This document shows positions 38,614 through 47,021 of a stretch of DNA of 49,626 nt, in pieces (position 1 is the first letter of the stretch; every line of letters starts with the position of its first letter). The stretch covers positions 1-49,626 of the forward strand of contig CAYLSO010000008.1 in the NCBI GenBank assembly GCA_964386525.1, read 5' to 3'. A program made the position numbers and the translations under genes. This DNA is from an uncultured bacterium. Its GTDB lineage: Bacteria > Eisenbacteria > RBG-16-71-46 > DASYSL01. The notes beneath the pieces were generated by a model that had not been told where the DNA came from, searched no databases, and saw only the letters and a program-made list of their open reading frames with translations.

Positions 38614-39315
38614 ATGAGCGACCGCTGGACGGACCGCCTTTCCGAGTACCTGGACGACGAGCTCGGAGCGCAGCAACGGCGCGAGCTGGCCGCCCACCTC
38701 GACGGCTGCGCCGAGTGCGCCGCCGCCCTGGCCCAGCTGCGCCAGGTGGTCGTCCGGGCGGGGACACTGACGGACCGCGAGCCGGCGACCGACCTGTGGC
38801 CGGACATCGCGGCCCGCATCCGCGGCGAGGACGGATCGCCGGCGGCGGTCCCGGCGCCCCGTCCGACCCGCGCCGGCCGTCCCGCGCGGCGCCTGCCGCG
38901 CCCGGTGTTCTCCTTCACGCTGCCGCAGCTGGCCGCCACCGCCCTGGCTGTGGCGCTGGCCTCCGCCGGCCTGATGTGGCTGTTCGGCGCGGCCCTGGAC
39001 GCACGCCTCGGCACGAGGCGCGGCGCCGTGCCGCCCACCCTGGCCCTGCCGGCCGGCAGCGGCGAGGACCTCTCGTACGACCGGGCCATCGACGAGCTGC
39101 GCCGGGCGCTGGCCGAGGGGCGGGGCGAGCTGGACAGCACCACCGTGCGGGTGCTCGAGCAGAACCTGGCAGCCATCGAGCAGTCCATCGGCCAGTCGCG
39201 GCGCGCGCTCGCCGCCGATCCGGCCAATCCGTACCTGCGCGAGCACCTGCAGGAGACCATGCGGAGCAAGCTGGCACTGCTGCAGCGGGCGACGCTGGTC
39301 GCCAGCGCCCGGTGA
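38614..39315 (+). CDS. Anti-sigma factor (zf-HC2, single-pass membrane)
   Basis: The N-terminal H-x3-C-x2-C motif (AAHLDGCAECAAAL), a central TM helix (LPQLAATALAVALASAGLMWLF), and a position directly after the ECF sigma gene. Confidence 0.8.
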   Translation: MSDRWTDRLSEYLDDELGAQQRRELAAHLDGCAECAAALAQLRQVVVRAGTLTDREPATDLWPDIAARIRGEDGSPAAVPAPRPTRAGRPARRLPRPVFSFTLPQLAATALAVALASAGLMWLFGAALDARLGTRRGAVPPTLALPAGSGEDLSYDRAIDELRRALAEGRGELDSTTVRVLEQNLAAIEQSIGQSRRALAADPANPYLREHLQETMRSKLALLQRATLVASAR

Positions 39316-39328
39316 GGGACGGGAGACG

Positions 39329-40249
39329 ATGCCTCTGAATCTCGCGATCATGGTCCTGGCGGCGGCTGCCGCGGCCTTCCCCACCGACACCACGCTGGCG
39401 GTGGGCCCGGAGACCCGCCTGCAGCTACACAACCTGCTCGGCGACATCGACATCCAGACCTGGAGCCGAGACGCCGTGCGCATCCGCGCGGCGCACTCGC
39501 CGCGCGAACGCATCGTGATCGAGCGCCGCGGCCCGGTGCTGGTGGTGGACGCGCGCCCGCGCTCGGGTCCCCCGGGCGAGGTGGACTTCCGGCTCGTCGT
39601 GCCGCGCGGCATGCCGGTGAGCCTCGACGGCGTGCGCACCTCCGCCAAGGTCCGCGACCTCGACGGCGACGTCTCCATCCAGACGATCAACGGCGAGATC
39701 GCGGTCCTGGGCGGCGACGGCAACGTCCTGCTCAGCACCATCCAGGGGCTCATCTCGGTGGTCGGGACGCGCGGCCGCCTGGAGGTCAACTCGGTGGACG
39801 GCGAGATCCGCCTCCTGGAGATCGCCGGACACATCTTCGCCGAAACGGTCAACGGCGCCGTGGCGCTGCGGCGCGTCGTCTCGGACAGCGTCGAGGTCAG
39901 CACGGTCAACGGCGACCTGTGCTACGACGGCGCCATCGCCGGGGCCGGCCGCTATCGCTTCCGCACGCACAACGGAGACATCGCCGTGGGCCTGCCCGAG
40001 CAGACCGGGGCGACGGTCACCTTGGCCACCTACCGCGGGGAGATCGATTCCGACTTCCCGCTGCGCGTGGGCGAGAAAGGCGAGCACAACCGGTTCAAGC
40101 TGCGGCTCGGAGACGGCCGGGCGCACCTCGATCTCGAATCGTTCGGCGGCGCCATCCGCTTGCGCCGCCCGGGCGCCGACAGCACGGCCGCCTGGCTGCC
40201 TTGTCGGCTCCCCGAAGGGAAGGACAAGAAAGAGGAGGGCAAGAGATGA
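39329..40249 (+). CDS. DUF4097-family (putative adhesin/beta-helix, LiaG/YvlB-like) protein
   Basis: GGGAG RBS. Repeated [ST]-[VI]-[ND]-G-[DE]-[IL] strands (IQTINGEIAV, VNSVDGEIRL, ETVNGAVAL, STVNGDLC, RTHNGDIAV). Confidence 0.8.
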   Translation: MPLNLAIMVLAAAAAAFPTDTTLAVGPETRLQLHNLLGDIDIQTWSRDAVRIRAAHSPRERIVIERRGPVLVVDARPRSGPPGEVDFRLVVPRGMPVSLDGVRTSAKVRDLDGDVSIQTINGEIAVLGGDGNVLLSTIQGLISVVGTRGRLEVNSVDGEIRLLEIAGHIFAETVNGAVALRRVVSDSVEVSTVNGDLCYDGAIAGAGRYRFRTHNGDIAVGLPEQTGATVTLATYRGEIDSDFPLRVGEKGEHNRFKLRLGDGRAHLDLESFGGAIRLRRPGADSTAAWLPCRLPEGKDKKEEGKR

Positions 40250-41097
40250 TCCGCAATCACGAATGGGCGAGGGTGCTGTTGGCCCTGGCCCTCACGCTGG
40301 CCCTGGGCCTCGCTCTGGCGTTCGCCGTCGGGGCGCTGGCGGCGCCCGCCGCCGCCGCTCCCGCCGCGGCGGCCGCCAAGTCGTCCGCGGTGGACTTCTC
40401 CTGGAACGGTGCGCTCACCGCCGGCCAGACGGTCACGATCCGGGGGATCAACGGCGGCATCCACGCCGAGCTGGCCCCCGGCGGCCAGGCGTCGGTGACG
40501 GCGCGCAAGAAGGCGCACCGCTCCGACCCCGACAAGGTGCGGATCGTGGCCGAGAAGAACGGCGACGGCGTGACCATCTGCGTGCTCTACCCCGACCGCC
40601 AGGGCAGGACGGGCGACGATTGCGGGTCCACCCACAACCAGGACACCGGCAAGAACGACGTCTCGGTGGACTTCCAGGTGCGGCTGCCGAAAGGCGTCCG
40701 GTTGTCCTCCCACACGGTCAACGGGTCGCTCGACGGGCAAGGACTGGCCAGCGAGGTGGTGGCGAACACGGTCAACGGATCCGTCCATCTCAGCACATCC
40801 CTGTCCGCCGAGGTCAGCACCGTCAACGGCAGCATCGAGACCTCGGTGGGGTCGCTCGACGGGAAGGGATCCCTGGAGTTCTCCACGGTGAACGGCTCGA
40901 TCGTCCTCAAGCTGGCCAAAGACGTCGGGGCCGAGGTCGAGGCGAGCACCGTGAACGGGCACCTCTCCACGGATTTCCCGCTCACGGTGTCGGGGAAGTT
41001 CGGCCCCCGCGCGATCCGGGGCACGATCGGGGCCGGCGGACGCACGGTGAAGCTCTCGACGGTGAACGGCGACATCCGCCTGGAGAAGATCGAATAG
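40246..41097 (+). CDS. DUF4097-family protein, second copy
   Basis: ATGA overlap with the previous gene. Signal/TM helix. Repeats NTVNGSVHL, STVNGSIET, STVNGSIVL, STVNGHLST and STVNGDIRL. Confidence 0.8.
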   Translation: MIRNHEWARVLLALALTLALGLALAFAVGALAAPAAAAPAAAAAKSSAVDFSWNGALTAGQTVTIRGINGGIHAELAPGGQASVTARKKAHRSDPDKVRIVAEKNGDGVTICVLYPDRQGRTGDDCGSTHNQDTGKNDVSVDFQVRLPKGVRLSSHTVNGSLDGQGLASEVVANTVNGSVHLSTSLSAEVSTVNGSIETSVGSLDGKGSLEFSTVNGSIVLKLAKDVGAEVEASTVNGHLSTDFPLTVSGKFGPRAIRGTIGAGGRTVKLSTVNGDIRLEKIE

Positions 41098-41179
41098 GAT
41101 GCGGCGCGGCGATCCCGACGGACCGGTGAGCTAGGAGCGGGCGGAGAGCGGGCGGGCCGCGAGGGCGGCCCCGTGCCGC

Positions 41180-42829
41180 CTAGCGCCGCCGGCCCGGCTT
41201 CCCGTAGCCCCCGCCGCCCGGCGTCTCCACGACCAGCCGGTCGCCGGCGGCGAGCTGCGCCTGGAACTTGCCGGGCATCGACTCGACGCGTCCGTCGCGG
41301 TGCCGGATGAGGTTTCGCCCGCGCGCCCCCGGCCCGCCTCCCTCCACGCCCCACGGGGCCAGCCGCCGCCGCTCCGCGATCACCGTCGCCTCGCTCGGCA
41401 CCAGCACCTCGATCTCCCGCACCAGCCCCTCGCCTCCGCGGTGGCGGCCGCGCCCACCGCTGCCGCGCCGCAGCCCGTAGCGCCGCACGCGCAACGGGTA
41501 GGCGTGTTCGAGCGCCTCGATCGGCGTGTTGAGCGTGTTGGTCATGTGCGACTGCAGGCCGCTGGCGCCGGCCGCGTCGGCCGAGCCGCCGTGCCCGCCG
41601 CCCATGGTCTCGTAGTACGTGTAGCGGCCGTCGGCGGAGCCGAGCAGGACGTTGTTCATGGTGCCGGCGCTGGCGGCCGGGATCCGCCCCGGCAGGGCCC
41701 TCGCCATGGCTCCGAAGAGCGCGTCCACGATGCGCTGCGAGGTCTCCACGTTGCCGCTCGAGACCGGCGCCGGGTAGCGCGCGTTCACGACCGTGCCGGC
41801 CGGCAGCACGATCGAGACCGGGCGCAGGGCACCCGCGTTGGTCGGCAGCTCGCCGCCGGACTGCGCCTCGGCCAGGCAGCGCAGCGCGTAGAGCACACAA
41901 GACAGGGTGATCGCCTCGACGGCGTTGAGCGGGCCGGCCACCTGCGGGGCGCTGCCGGTGAAGTCCACGACCGCCGTGCCACGGCCGCCGGCGCCGGGGA
42001 AGCGCAGGGTCACGACGATCGGCACCGGCCGGCTGCCGATGCCGTCGTCGTCGAGGTGATCCACGAAGCGGTAATGACCGGGCCGCACGGCGGCGAGCAC
42101 GGCGCGCAGGCCGCGCTCCGCGTAGTCCAGGAGGTGACCCGCGTAGGCCTTGAGCTCGGCGCGCCCGGCCCGCCGCGCCAGCTCGACCAGCCGCCGGGCG
42201 CCCAGGGCGTTGGCCCCCACCTGGGCTTCGAGGTCCGCCTGGCGCTCGTCCGGGGTGCGCACGTTGGCGAGCACCAGCTTCCACACGTCTTCCTGGAAGC
42301 GCCCGGCGCGCGCCAGGAAGACCGGGGGGATGCGGATGCCCTCCTGCACGATGTGGGTGGCGAGCGGCAGCGACCCCGGGCTCATGCCCCCCACGTCGGC
42401 GTGGTGGGCGCGGTTGGCCACGAAGAACGACGGCCTGCGGTCGCCGGGCAGGAAGACGGGCTCGACCAGGGTGATGTCGGGCAGGTGCGTGCCGCCGGCG
42501 TAGGGGTCGTTGACCATCACGACGTCGCCCGGGGCCAGCCGGCCCAGGCCGAGGGCAGCGCGCACCGACAGCGGCATCGAGCCCAGATGCACCGGGATGT
42601 GCGCCGCCTGCGCGACCAGATCGCCGCCCCCGTCGAAGACGGCGCAGGAGTAGTCGCGCCGCTCCTTGATGTTCACCGAGAAGGCGCTGCGGCCGAGGGC
42701 CACGCCCATCTCCTCGGCGACCGCGGCCAGTAGGTGCTGGTAGAGCGAGAGACGGACCGGATCCCAGGGCGGACGGGCGGCGCGGGGCGGGTGGGCAACG
42801 CGGGACGGGCCGGCGGTTCTGCGTCTCAT
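41180..42829 (-). CDS. hyuB: Hydantoinase B / 5-oxoprolinase / acetone-carboxylase-family subunit B
   Basis: DPVRLSLYQHLLAAVAEEMG...SVNIKERRDYSCAVFD...HIPVHLGSM...NDPY.GGTHLPD, typical of the Hydantoinase_B family. ATGA overlap with hyuA. Confidence 0.9.
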   Translation of the reverse strand: MRRRTAGPSRVAHPPRAARPPWDPVRLSLYQHLLAAVAEEMGVALGRSAFSVNIKERRDYSCAVFDGGGDLVAQAAHIPVHLGSMPLSVRAALGLGRLAPGDVVMVNDPYAGGTHLPDITLVEPVFLPGDRRPSFFVANRAHHADVGGMSPGSLPLATHIVQEGIRIPPVFLARAGRFQEDVWKLVLANVRTPDERQADLEAQVGANALGARRLVELARRAGRAELKAYAGHLLDYAERGLRAVLAAVRPGHYRFVDHLDDDGIGSRPVPIVVTLRFPGAGGRGTAVVDFTGSAPQVAGPLNAVEAITLSCVLYALRCLAEAQSGGELPTNAGALRPVSIVLPAGTVVNARYPAPVSSGNVETSQRIVDALFGAMARALPGRIPAASAGTMNNVLLGSADGRYTYYETMGGGHGGSADAAGASGLQSHMTNTLNTPIEALEHAYPLRVRRYGLRRGSGGRGRHRGGEGLVREIEVLVPSEATVIAERRRLAPWGVEGGGPGARGRNLIRHRDGRVESMPGKFQAQLAAGDRLVVETPGGGGYGKPGRRR

Positions 42830-44916
42830 CGCGCCGTCCCCGCCCGCTCGGCCAGGCGCAGGTTGCCCCACGCATCCACCCGCAGGCGCAAGCCCGGCGG
42901 CAGATACGTCGTGGCCCCGTACTCCACGATCAGGGCCGGGCCCTCCACCGCTGCCCCGGACCCCATCGCCTCGCGCCGGTAGACCGATGCGCGGACCACG
43001 CGCCGGCCGGTATCCATCCCCACGGTTCCCCACGCAGCGCCAGCCCCGCCGCGGCGAAGGCGCGCCAGCGGCAGGACCGGCCCGGCCCGCCGCGCCTCCA
43101 CGTTGAGATTGACGACCTCGATGGCGCGGCCCGCTCGGGCGTAGCCGTAGAGGCGCCGGTGGGCCTCGTCGAAGGCGGCCACCGCGCGCGCTCCCCAAGG
43201 CACCTCGATCTCGAACGACTGGCCGCGGTAGCGCAGATCGGCGCTGCGCCGGAAGGCGAGGCCCGCTCCCCACAGCGAGCGCGCCCGCCGCTCCATCTCG
43301 GCGAAGGCCCGCGCGGCGCGCCCCGCGGTCGGTGGATCGTCGAGCGGCCACAGCACGGTACGCGACAGCGGGTGCACGGCGTCCGCTCCCAGGAGCCCCC
43401 ACGCCGACAGCAGCCCGGCGCGGGGCGGCACCAGCACCTCGCGCACCCCGAGGGCGCGCGCCAGTTCGGCGGCGTGCAGCGCGCCTGCCCCGCCGAAAGC
43501 CACGAGGGCGAAGCCGCGCACGTCGTGGCCCCGCGCCACGGAGATGACCCGCAGCGCCCGTTCGATCGAGACGTTGGCCACCGCGACCACGCCGCGGGCG
43601 GCCCGCCGCGCGCCCACCCGGCCGCGGCCCAGGCCCAGCGCGCCCCCGAGCCGCTCCATGCCGCGCCAGGCGGCGTCCACGTCGAGCCCCATCTCGCCGC
43701 CCAGGAACAACTCCGGCACGATGCGGCCGAGCACCACGTGCGCGTCGGCCACCGTCGGCCCGCCGCCGCGGCCGTAGCACGCCGGCCCGGGATCGGCGCC
43801 GGCGCTCTCCGGCCCCACGACCAGCGCCCCGCCGCGGTCGGCGCGGGCCAGAGAGCCGCCGCCGGCGCCCACCGTCTCCATCTCGAGCATGGGCACGCGC
43901 AGCGGGTGGCCGCCGACCACCGACTCCTTGGTCGTGCGGACCTCGCCCGGCACGACCGACACGTCGGTCGAGGTGCCGCCCACGTCCAGGGTCAACACGT
44001 CCGCCAGCCCTGCCCGCCGCGCCACGCGCGCCGCCCCGAGCACGCCGCCCGCGGGACCCGAAAGGACGCACAGCACGGGCCGCTCGGCGGCGGCCCGCGC
44101 CGCCACCGCCCCTCCGTTCGACTGCATGACGCGCAGCCGGGGCCCGGCAGCGCGCGCCAGCCGGACCAGGTATTCGCGCACACGCGGCGACAGGTAGGCG
44201 TTGATCACGGTGGTCGAGGCGCGCTCGTACTCGCGGTACTCGCGCGACACTTCGCTGGAGACCGAGACCGGGACCCCGGGCGGCAGCGCGGCCGCCAGCG
44301 CCCGCGCCAGGGCCCGCTCATGCGCCGGGGCGGCGTAGGAGTGCAGGAGGCAGACGGCCACCGCCTGGGGCCGCAGCCCCGCCACCGCCCGCGCCACGCG
44401 CCGCGCCTCGGCCGGAGCCAGCGCCATCTCGGCCCGCCCGTCCGGGTGTAGCCGCTCGCGGGCGCCCACCACGCGGGGGCGCGGCACCAGGGGCTCGACG
44501 GCGCGCGGCGCCAGCGCGTAGAGCGACGGCCGCGCCTGCCGCCCGATGGCCAGCAGGTCCTCGTAGCCGGCGGTGGTGACGAAGGCGGTGCGCGCCCCGG
44601 CCCGCGTCAGCAGGGCGTTGGTGGCGACGGTGAAACCGTGCGCGAGGACATCCGGGGCGCGCCCCAGCCGCCGGCGGGCCTCTTCCAGCCCCGTGAGGAA
44701 AGCGCGCGCCGGGTCGTCCGGGGTGGACGCGACCTTGAAGGCTTCGGTCCGCCCGCCCTCGACGACCAGGAAATCGGTGAAGGTGCCACCCGTGTCCACA
44801 CCCACGAGCGCGGGCGGCCGGGTCTCCGGACGGCGCGTCGAACCCGCTCCCGCGCGGCCCCGGGCCGGCCGCTCGCGCCGCGGCGGACGCGGTCCGCGAG
44901 CCCGCCCCCGGGTCAC
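42826..44916 (-). CDS. hyuA: Hydantoinase A / 5-oxoprolinase-family subunit A
   Basis: VGVDTGGTFTDF, LDVGGTSTDVS and the overall Hydantoinase_A pattern. The GTG at 44916 overlaps the nrfA stop (GTGA) and adds an Arg-rich 37-aa N-terminus. Alternative GTG starts lie at 44805 and 44799. Confidence 0.88.
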   Translation of the reverse strand: MTRGRARGPRPPRRERPARGRAGAGSTRRPETRPPALVGVDTGGTFTDFLVVEGGRTEAFKVASTPDDPARAFLTGLEEARRRLGRAPDVLAHGFTVATNALLTRAGARTAFVTTAGYEDLLAIGRQARPSLYALAPRAVEPLVPRPRVVGARERLHPDGRAEMALAPAEARRVARAVAGLRPQAVAVCLLHSYAAPAHERALARALAAALPPGVPVSVSSEVSREYREYERASTTVINAYLSPRVREYLVRLARAAGPRLRVMQSNGGAVAARAAAERPVLCVLSGPAGGVLGAARVARRAGLADVLTLDVGGTSTDVSVVPGEVRTTKESVVGGHPLRVPMLEMETVGAGGGSLARADRGGALVVGPESAGADPGPACYGRGGGPTVADAHVVLGRIVPELFLGGEMGLDVDAAWRGMERLGGALGLGRGRVGARRAARGVVAVANVSIERALRVISVARGHDVRGFALVAFGGAGALHAAELARALGVREVLVPPRAGLLSAWGLLGADAVHPLSRTVLWPLDDPPTAGRAARAFAEMERRARSLWGAGLAFRRSADLRYRGQSFEIEVPWGARAVAAFDEAHRRLYGYARAGRAIEVVNLNVEARRAGPVLPLARLRRGGAGAAWGTVGMDTGRRVVRASVYRREAMGSGAAVEGPALIVEYGATTYLPPGLRLRVDAWGNLRLAERAGTAR

Positions 44917-46243
44917 CGGCCGGCCAGCGCCGGCACGGCCCGGGCCACCGTCTCACCCTGGCGGGCGTAGTCGATCGCCTCGGCAAGGATGCGCGCCGCC
45001 TCCTGTGGGGCGTGGAAGCCCAGGGAGTTCTCCGGGAGACGAAGTCCAGCCGCCACTGCGCCCGCCGTTGCAGCGCCAGGGCCGCCTGCAGATCCCGGTC
45101 GCCCGCCCCCCGGCCACGCGCCGCCTTGACCTGGTCCATGAGGTCGAGCAAGGCCCGCTCGGCGCGCGTCAGCAGGGCGCGGGTTCGCTCTTGTATGGCC
45201 TCGGCCCGCGCCAGCATCTCCGCCTCGGGGAAGTTGTGGCAGTTGAGGCAGGAACGCGACGGGTCGAGCAGCGGGCTGCGCACGTGGTGGTCGGTGATCT
45301 TGAGCGCGCCCTCGCGCTTGTAGGGCATGTGGCAGTCGGCGCAGGCCACGCCGCTGCGGGCGTGGATGCCCTGGTTCCACATCTCGAACTCGGGGTGCTG
45401 CGCCTTGAGCACCGGGGCGCCGGTCTCGGCGTGGGCCCAGTCCTTGAAGCCGACGCTGTCGTAGTAGGCCTCGATCTGCTCCACCTCGAGGCCGTTGTGC
45501 CACGGGTAGGTCACCAGCTTGCCGTCGCCCTGGAAGTAGTACTCGACGTGGCACTGGCCGCAGACGTAGGAGCGCATCTCCTGGCGGGTGGCCATGGTGT
45601 TGGGGTCGTAGTCCCGCACGCCTTGCACGGCCTTGAGGACCCGGATGCCGTTGAGGAAGCCCGGGCGCGTGACGCGCAGCCGCATGGTCTTGGGGTCGTG
45701 GCAGTCCACGCAGGCGATGGGGTGCTTGACGAGCTTCCAGGCGTCGGCAAGCGGCATGGCGCAGACCTTGGCGAAGCCCGCCATGAGGTCGCCGCCGCCG
45801 GCCTTCTCGTAGACCGACTTCATGCCGCCGGCGTGGCAGTGCAGGCAGGCGCCCGGCTGCTTGAACTGCTGGGTGCGCAGGGTGAGCTGCTGGTCGATGA
45901 GCGAGTAGGCGTGCCCGCGCTCCTCGCGGAAATCCACGCCGAAGGCGTAGCCGGCGTAGATGCGCTTGAGCGCCGGGTCGGTCTCGAGCTTGGAGAAGGC
46001 CTCGCTGCCGCCGTAGCGCGTGCGCAGGGTGTCCACGGTGCGCAGGTAGCCGTCGTACTCTCGCGGGTAGTTCTTCCCCCAGAGCGCCGGGTCCACGACG
46101 GAGTCGGCCAGCTCGGCCAGGGGCAGGAAGCGCGAGCGCCCCTCCTCCTTGCGCTGCCGGATGTTGCCGAGCAGGGCCAGCACCGCCGCCGTCAGGACCG
46201 CGGTCGCCACGATGATCGCCAGATACGTCCAGGTCCGCCTCAT
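44913..46243 (-). pseudogene. nrfA: Pentahaem cytochrome c nitrite reductase NrfA, interrupted by an apparent 1-nt deletion near 45033-45035
   Basis: The frame from 46243 encodes a TM anchor and five CXXCH motifs (CLHCH, CVDCH, CGQCHVEYYF, CADCHMPY, CLNCH), up to ...AQWRLDFVS. The conserved continuation PENSLGFHAPQEAARILAEAIDYARQG...* is in the -1 frame (ORF ending 44913). The switch maps to a GGG run (CCC on the coding strand) at 45033-45035. Confidence 0.85.
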
Positions 46244-46340
46244 GGCGCGCGCTCCCCTCTCCCTTCGGTCGCTGCGGGCCCATCGTCGCCGGGGCGCCGC
46301 CGTCGGCGCCCCGCGGCCGACCACCCCGCGGTGCCCGCCC

Positions 46341-46805
46341 CTACAGCCTCGCCATGTGCCCCACGTTGGGATGGCAGGCCGAGCAGCGGGCCTCCCCACG
46401 CCCCACGTCGACGTGCCCGGCAATCTCGCTGACCAGCGTGGCATGACACGCGATGCAGTTGTGCTGCAGATCGCTCAGATTCGGCGGCGTGATGCGGATC
46501 GGCTCCGGAAAGTCCTGGGCGGTGAAGGCCCGCGAGTGGTTCCAGCCGTTGCGCGCCTTCGCCAGGTACTTCTCCGGGAAGGCGTGCGGCACGTGACAGT
46601 CGTTGCAGGTGGCCGCCGCGTGGTGGCTGGACTTGAGCCACGAATCGTAGGCGTCGTCCATGACGTGGCAGTTGTCGCAGGCGGTGGGGTCGTTGCTCAG
46701 GTACGCCAGGCCCTCGGCGTAGTCGGCGGTGTAGGCCCCCGCCCCCAGGAGCGTCCCCAGGGCCACGGCCACGCCCCAGGGCAGCCATGGACGAAGCCTC
46801 TCCAT
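46341..46805 (-). CDS. nrfH: Tetrahaem NapC/NirT-family quinol dehydrogenase NrfH
   Basis: N-terminal TM helix and four CXXCH motifs (CDNCH, CNDCH, CIACH, CSACH). About 154 aa, located directly upstream of nrfA. ATG at 46805 after GGGGGAG. Confidence 0.9.
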   Translation of the reverse strand: MERLRPWLPWGVAVALGTLLGAGAYTADYAEGLAYLSNDPTACDNCHVMDDAYDSWLKSSHHAAATCNDCHVPHAFPEKYLAKARNGWNHSRAFTAQDFPEPIRITPPNLSDLQHNCIACHATLVSEIAGHVDVGRGEARCSACHPNVGHMARL

Positions 46806-46926
46806 CGTGCCCGCTCCCCCATCTCGTTGCGGCGGTAGGTGCGACGGCGGCCCGGCCCCACCGCCCGCAAGAGACGGGGCCGCCGGGTCGCGGGGAATCG
46901 TTGCCGTGCGGGACAGGAACACACGC

Positions 46927-46954
46927 GGGGCCGGCGGGTCAAGCCGCCGGCCCC
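46927..46954 (-). terminator. GC hairpin downstream of the 47022 gene (terminator candidate)
   Basis: 11-bp stem GGGGCCGGCGG / CCGCCGGCCCC with a 6-nt loop. On the minus strand it is followed by GCGTGTGTTCCTGTCC, a weak U-tract. Confidence 0.4.
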
Positions 46955-47021
46955 GGGATGGCGGCGGCGCGCCGGGACCTCGGCCGCGCCGCCGATCTGC
47001 TCTGCCGCCTGCCGCTTCCCG

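Noticed and set aside
37401-39909. 622-aa and 629-aa minus-strand ORFs over the ECF sigma/anti-sigma/DUF4097 genes
   Set aside because: They are antisense artefacts. The plus-strand genes have RBSs, domain motifs and tight operon spacing.
44318-44912. Long C-terminal continuation of the nrfA frame into hyuA (ORF 44318-46444)
   Set aside because: After ...WRLDFVS the translation becomes R/P/G/A-rich and overlaps the hyuA coding region. The genuine NrfA C-terminus is in the neighbouring frame, so this tail is a read-through artefact of the frameshift.
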